Shown one piece after another: positions 26,581-37,968 of a stretch of 64,000 nt of DNA (position 1 is the first letter of the stretch; each line of letters begins with the position of its first letter). The notes below the pieces were generated by a model. The model had not been told where the DNA came from, did no database searches, and saw only the letters and a program-made list of their open reading frames with translations. Source of the DNA: Eledone cirrhosa (lineage: Eukaryota). The stretch covers positions 140,926,001 through 140,990,000 of the forward strand of contig OZ024740.1 in the NCBI GenBank assembly GCA_964016885.1, read 5' to 3'. The translations under genes were made by a program, and so were the position numbers.

Positions 26581-29500
26581 TCATCATCATCATCATCACC
26601 GTTTTACGTCCGTTCTTCCACGCTAGCATGGGTTAGACGGGTTGTCCTGTTGTGGGCAGTGTCTGGTCGGCTGACCATGCCTTGCTCATACAGGAACTGA
26701 TCTGGCTTGATTTCTACAGCTGGATGCCCTTCCTAACACCAACCTCATTTACAGTGAGTGCTGGGTGCTTTTTCGTGGCGCCTACACGTCCACTTTACAG
26801 TGTGGGCTGGGTGCTTTTTTGCCGTGGCACCTCCACGACCACCTTGCGGTGGGGGGGGGGGGCATATTGTTTATATGCTTCAGCATGTACCCATGGGAGG
26901 TCGGGTACCCTGTATTACTGCGTGACGCCAGAAGTCACGGTCGTGTGTCATTGACTTTGAGAGGTGTAGTTGGGTAAGGTCGGCTTTTATCACCTCATCC
27001 CAAGTCATCTTGGGTCTCCCCACTCCGCGGTTTCCATCAACTTCTAGTGCTCTGCACCTTTTTATGCAGCTGTCATCCTTCATACGCATCACATGTCCAT
27101 ACCAGCGTAACCGCCTCTCCTGCACGCAGCATTTGATTCCTCTTATGCTCAGTCTCTCTCTCAATTCATTTATGCTTTGTCGTTCACGTATATTACTGTT
27201 ACACATCCATCGGAGCATGCAGGCTTCGTTTCTCTCTAATCTACATAGGTCTTCCACCTTCAGCGCCCAGGTCTCACTACCATGCAACATCGCTGTTCGG
27301 ATACACGCATCATACAGTCTGCCTTTCATTCTGAGGGAGAAGCCTTTTGCAGCTAGCAGTGGTAGTAGTTCCCTAAACTTCTTCCATCCCGTTCTTACCC
27401 TAGTTATTGTACTTTCTGAGCACCCACCTCCGTTGCTAATTCGGTCACCTAGGTAGCAGAAGCTGTCTACTGTTTCTACAGGGCCCTCCCAGAGATTGGT
27501 GGTACTTGTTTCCTGTGGCTGTTTGCTTGCTGTTTCAGCACAGCTGCTGCATGTGAATCCTACATTCTTAATTAAGCTTCCTGAGATCCCGCTACATCTC
27601 TTGTGTACCCATTGTTTGCATTTGGGGCAAAGAATGGAGTTCCTACCTACACCTTTCCTACATACTGAGCAAGGCCATTTCCCTGAGGGGATCTGGGTTC
27701 TGTTTTCTCGTCTACTTATAAGGACCTTAGTCTTTGTCATGTTGACTTTGAGGCCCTTTCGCTCTAGTCCCTGCTTCCAGGTTTGGAATTTATTCTCTAG
27801 TTCTACCATAGATTCAGCTATGAGTGCGAGGTCATCAGCATACAGGAGTTCCCATGGGCATCCGGTCTTAAACTCCTCCGTTATTGCCTGCAGGACTATG
27901 ATGAACAGGAGAGGGCTAAGAACAGAGCCCTGGTGGACCCCAACCTGTACGCTAAATTCCTCGCTATACTCATTGCCAATCCTAACTTTGCTGACTGCTC
28001 CCCTATACATGGCTTGTACCGCTTTCACAAGCCATTCATCTACTCCTAGTTTTCTAAGAGCCCACCAGATTACTGCACGTGGAACTCTGTCAAAGGCTTT
28101 CTCAAGGTCGACAAATGCCAAGTAGAGTGGCTTACTTTTAGCTAGGTACTTTTCCTGTAATTGCCTCACAAGGAAGAGCGCATCAGTGGTGCCTTTCCCT
28201 GGTACAAACCCAAATTGCATCTCGTCTATATTCACCCGGTCCCTAATCAGCTGTGCTATAACTCTTTCTGTTACTTTCATGACCTGGTCCATCAACTTTA
28301 TACCTCTATAGTTTCCTCTATCTAGTGCATCGCCTTTACCTTTGTAGCAGTTGACAATGATGCTACTGCACCAATCTTTTGGTATGGCCTCCTCTAGTAT
28401 TACCTGGTTAACGATACGTGTGGTTATAGTGTGACCTACAGACCCAGATGCCTTCAGCATCTCGGCAGCTATACCCGATGGACCGGTTGCCTTCCCTATC
28501 TTCATATCTCTGATTGCCTTACTTACTACGCTGCCGCTGACTTGTACTGCTGGTCCCTCTATAGGGTCTACGTGGGGTAGGGTCTCTTCTTCCCATGCAT
28601 TCTCCTCATTTAGTAATCTATCATAATGACTCTTCCATGCATCTTTCTTCTCAGCACTTGTGAGGGCAAGCTCACCTTTATCATTCCGGATACACTTCTC
28701 TCCAATGACATCACAACTATCTCTGACACACTGCCTCGCAATCTTGAATACCTCCTGTTTCTGGTCCTCACGTTGTAAAACATGCTTGAATTTTCTATCC
28801 TCTGCTTCCCTCCTAGCTAAGTATACTTGTCGCCTAGCTTCCCTCTTGGTCTCTATGTAATGTACCCTGCTCCCCCCGTTCTTCCATTCTTTCCATGCCT
28901 GTCTCTTGGCCTTGACTGCTTCATCTACCTTATTGTTCCACCACCAAGTCACTCTCCTCCTGCTTGAGGTCTTACTCCAGCCACAAACCTCATCCGTCGC
29001 CTCTAGTAAGTTATTTTTTAGGAACTCCCAGTTCTCTTCTACGTTAAATGTCTCTATCTGTTCTTCTTTACTGTCGTAGGCGTTGAGTAAAATATCTTTA
29101 AATCTGTTACTGGTTGAGGGGACTTTCAGCTTCCAGATCTTTCTTCTCCAGGTTGGCCTCTGTTTCAGGGCTCGTCTAGTTCTGACCGTGAGGTCGCTGA
29201 CAACTAAGCTATGTTGGGATGTACATTCCTCACTAGGGAAGGCTTTTGTGTTTACGACCGTCCATCTGTCACGTCCTCTGATGAGGATAAAATCTAACTG
29301 ACTAGAGTGCTCCCCTGATCTATAGGTGATCAGGTGGTTGTCGGGTTTTTTAAAGTTTGTGTTACATATCGACATGTCATTGGCGTCGCAGAATTCTAGA
29401 AGTCTGAATCCTTCCTCATTCCTTGTGCCAACTCCATGGCCTCCATGTACTCTATTGAAGCCGTCGCAGTGTTTACCTACGTGTCCGTTAAAATCTCCTG

Positions 29501-30600
29501 CAATGATTAGGAAGTCCTTGTCGTCTGTTAGAGCAGTAGTGTGTATTAGGGACTCGTAAAACCTATCCTTAAGTTCGTCTGGCAGCCCCGATTGGGGTGC
29601 GTAAGCTGAAATTATTGTGGTAATTGTCTTATTCAGGACTAGTCTGAGTTTAATGATTCTTGCATTTACCCTGTACACTGAGATTACTTTATCTACCCAC
29701 TTGTCAGCTAATAGTATACCTACACCACCCATCCCATCGTCATTTCCCACCCAGAAAAATTTGTAGCACTGGCTTTTTCCTACAAGGACTCTAGCAGACC
29801 CTCCTCTCCATCTAGTCTCTTGCACACAGCATACATCAACTTCCTTTCGCTCTAGCATTTCTACGATTTCTCCTGCTCTTCCTTTCATTGAGCCTACATT
29901 GATGGTACCAACTCGGAGTTTTGGGCATTTGTCGACACTCGTAGGGGAGGGTCTCTGGGTTGGCGCTTCACGTGGGTGCTTGGTAGCTCGCAGATTCATA
30001 TTTCATCTATTGATTCAGAGTTGCTCGTGTATTCCCAGCTCATCCATCCATAACGGTGGGAAAATTGAGGGCTAGAAGAACAGTGGTGGTGGGGTAATGG
30101 CAGGGTGTGTTGGGATGCGCCAGAGGAGGAGAGAGTTAGTTAGGCAGGTAGTAGCAGCAGCAGCAGTGGAAATGGCATGCTAGGTTTGATTGGTCGAATA
30201 GACTATGGTGGTGTGTGGGGGTGGGGGGGAGGGAAATTGTGAGGTAGGAACTGAGGGTCGCATGGTAAATATCCAAGTTAATACTACATCAGTAAAATTA
30301 ACAATAATAACGTCATGAAAAAAGCTACTAAGAGAAACCCTCGAAAATTTATCGCTAATACAGCAGGGAAAATTTAACGCTAATACAGCAGGGAACATCA
30401 TAATATTAACGACAATATGTAGGCTAAAATACCTTCGTAGATTAGATGGATGGCTGGCTGGGAAAATTTGAATCAGCTCTAGTGGTACATTTTAGCAGAG
30501 AAGAATGGGAAAGTGTCTTATCTCTTCAATATTTTCAGATTGAATATAAATAATAAAAATATTTACATGCACAAACCCACATCGTACCGTCCTGTGCCGT
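26581..30600 (-). mobile_element. Full-length RTE-clade LINE (family 1)
   Basis: (TGA)n tail at 26581-26598, about 300-bp 3' UTR, intact ORF, about 600-bp 5' UTR. Confidence 0.95.
26880..29999 (-). CDS. Intact RTE ORF, 1039 aa: APE endonuclease, RT with PHD-type finger insert, C-terminal domain
   Basis: Uninterrupted ORF with GTINVG, VQETRW, AYAPQ, GDFNGH, SQH, NYRGI, DLEKAFD, QGSVLSP, YADD and YLGD. Confidence 0.95.
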   Translation of the reverse strand: MNLRATKHPREAPTQRPSPTSVDKCPKLRVGTINVGSMKGRAGEIVEMLERKEVDVCCVQETRWRGGSARVLVGKSQCYKFFWVGNDDGMGGVGILLADKWVDKVISVYRVNARIIKLRLVLNKTITTIISAYAPQSGLPDELKDRFYESLIHTTALTDDKDFLIIAGDFNGHVGKHCDGFNRVHGGHGVGTRNEEGFRLLEFCDANDMSICNTNFKKPDNHLITYRSGEHSSQLDFILIRGRDRWTVVNTKAFPSEECTSQHSLVVSDLTVRTRRALKQRPTWRRKIWKLKVPSTSNRFKDILLNAYDSKEEQIETFNVEENWEFLKNNLLEATDEVCGWSKTSSRRRVTWWWNNKVDEAVKAKRQAWKEWKNGGSRVHYIETKREARRQVYLARREAEDRKFKHVLQREDQKQEVFKIARQCVRDSCDVIGEKCIRNDKGELALTSAEKKDAWKSHYDRLLNEENAWEEETLPHVDPIEGPAVQVSGSVVSKAIRDMKIGKATGPSGIAAEMLKASGSVGHTITTRIVNQVILEEAIPKDWCSSIIVNCYKGKGDALDRGNYRGIKLMDQVMKVTERVIAQLIRDRVNIDEMQFGFVPGKGTTDALFLVRQLQEKYLAKSKPLYLAFVDLEKAFDRVPRAVIWWALRKLGVDEWLVKAVQAMYRGAVSKVRIGNEYSEEFSVQVGVHQGSVLSPLLFIIVLQAITEEFKTGCPWELLYADDLALIAESMVELENKFQTWKQGLERKGLKVNMTKTKVLISRRENRTQIPSGKWPCSVCRKGVGRNSILCPKCKQWVHKRCSGISGSLIKNVGFTCSSCAETASKQPQETSTTNLWEGPVETVDSFCYLGDRISNGGGCSESTITRVRTGWKKFRELLPLLAAKGFSLRMKGRLYDACIRTAMLHGSETWALKVEDLCRLERNEACMLRWMCNSNIRERQSINELRERLSIRGIKCCVQERRLRWYGHVMRMKDDSCIKRCRALEVDGNRGVGRPKMTWDEVIKADLTQLHLSKSMTHDRDFWRHAVIQGTRPPMGTC

Positions 30601-30943
30601 CTGTAATGTTTTTCTTGATGTCAGCCCTTGTGGCCAATAAAGTAATCATTATTATTACTGATGTTGTTGTTGTTATTATTATTATTATTTCTATTTTGTT
30701 CTTATGTAATTATTGATAAATAACATTAACACACAGCCAGCCAGCAAAGTGGGTGTTTAGAGAATAACATTTACACCTCTGTAACAACTTGACAGCAGAA
30801 AACTGACTCTCTGCACTCATACACAGACACACACGTGCATACATACACATAAATATATATGTATATATTCACACACATATATGTGTGTGCGTATTTCCAG
30901 TTTAATATTACTTTCTCATCATCATTATTATAATGTGTTTGTG

Positions 30944-30977
<34 letters not shown>

Positions 30978-31025
<48 letters not shown>
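30978..31025. repeat. (TA)n preceded by (GTCT)n/(CT)n
   Basis: Direct inspection. Confidence 0.9.
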
Positions 31026-31028
<3 letters not shown>

Positions 31029-31449
31029 CAAGTTATTGATTTCACACATTCACATAAGTATGTATACAATCAATAACTTGCTCTTTTGTTCTTACAGACA
31101 TCAATTTCATCTCAACTCAAACAGAAATCATTGTTTTAATTTCTATTAGAACCTTCCAAGGGATTGTGTGTTTTCAAATCTGAACAACGTCGCTATATTA
31201 TTATCATTAACATAATATATAGAGTATGGTATAGGGTCATTTAGTACAATACATAGTAAAGTTGTAATCTTGGTGCAATAAAAAATTGCACCCTATACAC
31301 TCTGTAAAGTGGTAGTGTTTGTGCCCTGATAAAATGATGTGATCTCTCTGGCTTGTGTAGTCTTAATCTGTGATGATCCACCCAACCCATTTCTGCATGA
31401 AAAGCAGACATAAAATGGTTGTGATATATTATAGGGGTTGAAAAGCACA

Positions 31450-31715
31450 GATGCATAGCCTAGGTGCATAGCCTTTTGGTTCCTGGACCAAGTAAAGCAT
31501 TGTATTTTTGAGCAAAACATTTCGTTTGATGTGGCTCCAATACATTCAGCTGAAAATGAGTACCTGCTACTGCTGGGGATTAACACTGCGATGGACTGGC
31601 ATCCTGTCCAGGAAGAGTCCTGTACTCTCAATTGCTTAATGCTGATGAAAAATGAAAATGGGGACACCTGCCTGATGAACCTCATGGCTTGGAACAAGCT
31701 TTTATAGCACAATAC
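31450..31715 (+). mobile_element. Degenerate CORE-like SINE
   Basis: ttgagcaaaacatttc...cagctgaaaatgagtacc...cactgcgatggactggcatcctgtccagg. Confidence 0.55.
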
Positions 31716-31740
31716 CAATGCTGCAGTGCCAAATGCTTAC

Positions 31741-31812
31741 AAGGTTCACAGAAGATCCCATTAAGGGCGAAAGCAGCGATTCTTTGCTTAAACTTTAATC
31801 TGTTATTTTAAT
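31741..31812 (+). ncRNA. Hammerhead-like Penelope pLTR end
   Basis: CAGAAGA-t-ccc-attaa-ggg-c-GAAAGCA...TGCT-T; the 3' half matches the arms at 48630-48803. Confidence 0.45.
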
Positions 31813-32744
31813 ATATATATATATATTGGATGGTCCTTCTGACAAGCTTCCACGCAGTTCCTCTCTCCCAGATTTCCCTCCCATTGACGAAATACCAATG
31901 ATGGTTGGAAAATCACTGACGAAGGACTATTTTTATCATATGTAACCTATGTGCAACCACGCAGTATTCTTCTCTCTTCTTATGTTTTTTATATATTTTT
32001 CAATACAAATTAGGATTTAATAATATTCTTTATTATGGCTATGTGATGAGTCTGTGAGTACATGTGAGTCTGATGATCCTGTGAGTACACACACATTTTC
32101 ATGATCATCATCATTTAACATCCATTTTTTCAATGTTAACAAGGGCTGGACATGTCATCACAGCTCAAGTCAATACTTAATCAAACCTACTTAAGTACTG
32201 ACTTGGTCTGTAATGACCTATCAAACTTTGCTAGAAGGGATTTATATGTATTACACACACACACATACATACCCAGTACACACTGATTGGTGATAGGAAG
32301 TGTGTCCAACCATAGAAAACCTGCCAAACAAAGGATCAAGAGGACTCTTCAGCTGTGTCAAGAACATGACAACTACCTTTGTGTTGCTGCCACAATAAAA
32401 TACACTTGGTAAAGTGTAGGATCATGTCTGGTCCCCAGCCTCCACTGGTGGCCAGTAGGTCTTCTTGTATTCAATGGTCTGTGATAACATGTCCAAACCT
32501 TTCTAGCCACTGAAAACGGATGCTAAACGATGATGATAAGGTTGATATATATATATATATGTCTATATATAGTAATAAGGATATTTATATTTATATATGT
32601 TTAATACAACTATAAATATGGAGGGTAGTACTAAGTACTAGCTGGTTACCGGTATGACAAAAGGCTCAATGCAAATTTTCAAGTGTTTTACATATATATA
32701 TTTATCAAGTTTATATATATATATTTATCAAGTTATATATATTT

Positions 32745-32872
32745 ATCAAGTTTAATATAGAAATGGCTTCTACATGACTAGAACTGTTTCATTCACAAGA
32801 AATCACCAGGATTATTTCTTTTGAATGAAATAGTTCTAATCCTCTAGAAGCAATTTCTATATTAAACTTGAT
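32745..32872. repeat. Palindromic element with a hammerhead-like core in each arm
   Basis: Inverted arms of about 60 bp; minus arm CTGGTGA-t-ttc-ttgt-gaa-t-GAAACAG...TGT-A-gaag. Confidence 0.7.
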
Positions 32873-33054
32873 GTTTACACTCTAATAATGTATTTAGTAC
32901 CTTACTAACTGTGATTACTCTTGATTGAACACAGGACCCCCCCCCCCCCGCTCCACACACGCATGTATGTATATATATATATGTATCAGAGTTTACACAA
33001 GTTGCTTCATCTTTCCGTCATAACCATTTCTCTCTGAATATATATGTATATATA

Positions 33055-33360
33055 CTACTAACATGACAAGAAGTAGCACCCAATCCACTCTGTAAAGTTG
33101 TTGTGCTGGTGACATAAGAAAAACAAACCATCCAGTCTACCCTGTAAGGTGGTTGTGCTAGAGATACGACAAAAAGCACACAGTCCACCCTGTTAGATGA
33201 TTGTTTTGGTGCCATGAATAAAAGCATCCAGTTCTAGAAACCAACCCAAAATACAGATCCATATGAGCAAGTCATGGTCACCTGACCTGACTTGTCGCAT
33301 AGCATGACAACCCATCTAACTCATGTAAGCATGGACAATGGACGTTAACTGATGATGACA
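33055..33360 (+). repeat. RTE-type 3' UTR fragment with tandem modules and (TGA)n tail
   Basis: Repeated cagtccaccctgtaa module; tggacgttaactgatgatga end. Confidence 0.65.
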
Positions 33361-33488
33361 TATATATATCTACTTCCTCCTAAGTGTGATCCTAATAAAA
33401 CTTTGTGTTTTTGCATTCCTGTTTGTTTTATTTGTTCAACTATATATATATACACACATACATACATACACACATTATATATGTATCA

Positions 33489-33535
<47 letters not shown>

Positions 33536-33920
33536 ATATTATATATAACATATATACATATACAGACATATACAAGACAAATATATCAGCTGTCTTTCAA
33601 TAACATATTCCATTGAGATGAAAACATAAAGAAAAAAATTGTCAAGGAAAGCAATTAGCAAGGCTTTCTGATTATAAAAAGAGCTGATTCTTTAGGCATG
33701 ACCTGAACAGTATAGAATCTCGAAATGGAATTGAAAAATGAATGGACACACATTTATTTATTTATTTATTTGGCGTTTCTTAGAAATCTTAATGTGGAAG
33801 GAAGCAGAAGGAGAAGACCAAGAAAGACATGGTCAAAGATGATGGAGGAGGAGGAAATTAAAGCCAGGGGTTGGTGAGGGGATTGCAGATGATAGGGCAA
33901 AATAATGACATCTGCAGTAC

Positions 33921-34440
33921 TGGTGCCATGATAAAATGCATCCAGTACTCCTTAGGAAGTGGTGGTGTTAGTGCCATGATAAAATGCACCCAGTACTCCT
34001 TAGAAAGTGGTGGTGGTGTTGGTGCCATGATAAAATGCACCCAGTACTCCTTAGAAAGTGGTGGTGGTGGTGTTGGTGCCATGATTAAATGTACCCAGTA
34101 GGCTTTAGAAAGTGGTGGTGTTGGTGTAATGATAAAATGCAGCCAATACTCCTTAGAAACTGGTAATGTTGGTGCCATGATAAAATGCACCCAGTACACT
34201 GTCAAGTGGTAGAGCTGGAGACAATAAAATGCACTTACTATACTTGTGGTAGTGCTGGTACCATGATAAAATGCAACCATTACACACTATAATGTGGTTG
34301 GTGTTAGAAAGGGCATCCAGCTGTAGAAACCCCACCAAAATTGGAACGTTTGAAGAAGTGGTTCTCTAACTCATCTAGACTAGGACCATGATGAATAATC
34401 CATGCCAGTATAGAAAACAGATGCAAAATGATAATGACTA
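33921..34440 (+). repeat. Tandem array of an about 40-bp RTE 3' UTR module followed by an RTE tail
   Basis: ggtgccatgataaaatgcacccagtactccttagaaagtggt repeated about eight times, then gttagaaagggcatccagctgtagaaac. Confidence 0.85.
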
Positions 34441-34631
34441 TAATTATTATTATCGTTATTATTTATATTATAGCTCAGAGCACATAATTGACCTATCAAT
34501 TACTAATTGTAGAATACTAAAAGAAAAAAGAACAAAAAAGAACAAGGTTGTTAGAGACAAATAGGAAAAAATATGTGTGTGTGTGTGTGGTGCATGTGTG
34601 TGTGTGTGTGGTGTATGTGTGTGTGTGGTGC

Positions 34632-34665
<34 letters not shown>

Positions 34666-34989
34666 TGCATGTGTGTGTATATATATATATATATAGCTGA
34701 AAATGATGATGATGGTAATGGTGATATTATTGGTGTTGGTTGTCATGGTGGCATTGGTGTGTATGTGCCTCTGTACCCATGAGACAGAAGACATAACACT
34801 ATTTTTGCTGTGCACTTTATTAGTGATCATCACTGCTCAAAATGTTTATGTACATATCGCTTTATATGAATATATGTGCATATATATGAATATGGATGTG
34901 TGTGTAGATTAGTTTGCACAGACACAGACGGTTGCACACATATAGTGTTCCATATGGAGGCATCAGGCATATTTTAAAACTTGACAAAT

Positions 34990-35545
34990 TTCATCATCAT
35001 CATCAATTTTTATGTCTGTTTTCAACACTGGCATAGGTTAGATGGGTTATGTTCTGAGGCTAGACAAGCCAGGTGACCATGTCTTGCCCATACATTCCAT
35101 ATTTGGAATGGCTTTTATGGCTGGATGCCTTTCCTGACACCAACAACCTGACAGAATGGACTGGGTGTGTTTTATCATGGCACCAGCACTAGAGAAATTG
35201 TCATATGATGATCTATGCTGAAGCCCTCTTAGACCTTATATTGTCTCTATTCAATGTCAAACAATGTAGACACTGGTCTCATACCACATTTACTTCTAGT
35301 GTTGTCATGCCTGTACAGGTGGATAGGTCCACTTGGTCATGTATCATCTCTTTCATGAAGTTCAGTTTCTTCCTCACAACTTCCTCCCATGTCTTTCTTG
35401 GTCTCCCTCATCCACAGGTTGTATCCACTTTAAGCAATTGGCACTCATTTGTACAGCTCTCATTCTCCCAAAGCATCACATCCCCAGATCAGCACAATCA
35501 TCTCTCTTGCATGCTACATTCAATTCCCCTTATACTCAAAATTAT
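34990..35545 (-). mobile_element. Degenerate RTE 3' end
   Basis: Minus strand RGIECSMQER..., GRPRKTWEEVV, 3' UTR and (TGA)n tail. Confidence 0.7.
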
Positions 35546-37561
35546 AGCATGCTTCTGTTCTAGGCACAGGTATATAAGTGAATGAGAGAATTAATATTTA
35601 AGAAAAGCCTTACACATGAAAATATACAGCAGAAATAGCTTGCACATGGTTAAAATGATAGATCATACTAAACTCGAATATTAAAATATAAATAAGACTG
35701 GCCAGTGTGCAGCTAGTGGTTAAAGTGATTCATGGAATATATATATAGAAGGAGCGTTAAATTGTGTCACGACAATGACATTTATAGTACCTTCTTTTAC
35801 AATATTAATAAACCAGCTCAGATATATATGAAACAGAATCACCTATTTTAAAGGGTTCCTATTTAAATTCAAATCTTCCAACATTGTGTATAAGAACCAT
35901 GTGTCAAGTTACTATTTTAGTAATGAAATAAACAATGATTTCAGTAAATCTTTCATTAATTAACTGAATATAGAGTATATTTCATTAGAAATATGGCCAT
36001 GAAAGAGTTAAAAGAAATTATTTATACAAAGTAAATTATAAACAGGTTCAATAAACAAGATTTACACAGTGTTTGGAGTTCCTATTTGAAATGTGCTAAT
36101 ACATCTTAAGTAACACAGACCCCTCCTCCCTAACAAAACACTTCAGTATCATTTCTTCATGTACAGTGATGGGGAATTATAAGCTGCTTTTCCCCATTAC
36201 ACGTGTAAAGTAGCATTATAGATAAGTTAAACAAAAGACGTACAACATAACAAGATGAAGAAGAAGAACATACTGAATGAATTAATGCCAGAATATGCAG
36301 CCCTGGTTGATCAACCATCATAGTCCTTGCCACTCCTACATGAAAAATTACTTCTGAAAACCTACACTGATAATAATTACCGAAAAAGAGAGATGTTTAT
36401 ACTTAGAGAAGAATGGATACCCATTCCAGGTGTATGTATATTATGTTTTTAACAAAGTGCTTGTAATTTTGAATTTAGCTGATGGTCCTTCAGTTTTGAT
36501 TTTGTGGACCCCCAGCCCTCATCATTTGGTTGCAGGTCTACTAGACAAGGGTTGCTAAAGATGGCCACTGGATAAGGGCTGACTGACCTGTGGTTACTCA
36601 ACATCAATAATCTTGTTAGTTTGATATGTGAACATTGACATACTGCAAGACAGCCTGCTCAACTCATTAACAACTCTACTAATCCACTGCCTTGGAGTGG
36701 TGCTTTACTTATCAGTCATGAAAGGATGAAAGATAAAGTTGAACTCAATAGTGTTTGAAAATGGTAAAGACAATGTGAGAAAACGATATGTGAATATTAG
36801 TTAGTTCTTCTTGTTTCCTATGGAGCATTGGGTGATAAGAAATCTCCACTCAGCATGGTAACAAGTACAGTCATGAGCTTGCTCCCAGGCAAGGTGAGGC
36901 CAAGTTCTGCCAGGCCCTTCTTGTGGTATTTGTTCCATTTCTATGCATTCTGAGTTTAAATTCACCCCTTGTCACAGGAAACATGGTGACATGACAGAAC
37001 TGAGTCCTCTATTATTAAAACACCCAAGAAACTACCTATGAGATGCAACTTCAAAGGAGGCCAGCTAAACCTATGTAGGAATGATCTTTAAGAAAATCAC
37101 TAACAAAAACATTAAGCTTACTGAGTTAAATTTACATTCCTTACACAAAAATGTTCCAACAGATTTGACCCCAAAATACATATGCCAAAGTGAAAATAAA
37201 CAAAACAATACTAAGCAGTACTTTCCAATTATTTTCATAGATATTACAAATGCTCTCAGGAACCATCAAAAGAAAATGGATTACATGTTTATTATTCAAA
37301 GGCCATACATTCATTTTAAAATAATGCATGCAAAACTATCCAAGCTTATACTGTATTTCAAGGCAATTTGTAATATTGGTTTAAGTGCATGCATAATAAA
37401 TTCTTTAAGGAGATCCTTGGGGAATACTGGCTAATATTATTAGTCTTAGAATATTTATTTTCACTGTGAAATATGTTTATATCTTTGACATTTTGATTGC
37501 AACTATAACTGAATATATAATGAAGAAGAGTATCTAGGTTTCCATGCTTTTCAACTGTTAT

Positions 37562-37968
37562 AATTGTGGCAAATCCCTCGTCTGGGATGCCACTTGCACC
37601 AACACTTTCTGCAGCCGCAACCTGGTGCAGTCTGCGACTGACCCAGGTTATGCTGCACGTCAGGCTGAGGGGGCCAAACTCCTTAAATACCGGTTGCTCT
37701 CTGACAGGTTTGCGGTTGTACCCCTGGCAGTGGAGACTTCTGGTGTCCTCGGCCCCAGGGCTACCTCCTTACTCACCACCATAGGCGCTGAGCTGGCTAG
37801 CCGCAGGTGTGAGCCCCGCAAGTTGGAGTGGCTTTTCCAGCGCGTCTCCCTTGCCGTCCTCCACTCTGTCCACCGGGGCTGTGGGTGGGCCCCATCGCGT
37901 ACCGTTGTAGTTGTTGTATACAGATATTAACTCATCAATCCCATTGTCCTAATACACCGTATATATAG
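37562..37968 (+). mobile_element. 5'-truncated CRE-clade LINE (restriction-like endonuclease C-terminus) with 12-bp TSD
   Basis: GKSLVWDATC...AARQAEGAKLLKY...PLAVETSGVLG...LFQRVSLAV; TSD ttcaactgttat at 37550-37561 and 37969-37980. Confidence 0.8.

Larger units (their letters stand above)
24485..30644 (+). mobile_element. 5'-truncated L1/Tx1-clade LINE whose 3' UTR is split by the RTE insertion
   Basis: FRPITLLNAEFKILAK, LDQSKAFDRV, SVRQGCPL, YADD, LLGVWF, GGLG and CPRC-x8-H-x4-C knuckle. The 3' end resumes at 30601 with AATAAA. 16-bp direct repeat atcattattattactg at 24471-24486 and 30645-30660. Confidence 0.85.

Noticed and set aside
27010-29559. Antisense ORFs over the RTE elements
   Set aside because: Shadow ORFs of the minus-strand coding sequence
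33858-34280. Repetitive proline-rich ORF / CRISPR-like periodicity
   Set aside because: Tandem copies of an RTE 3' UTR module with no unique spacers; eukaryotic context, no cas genes
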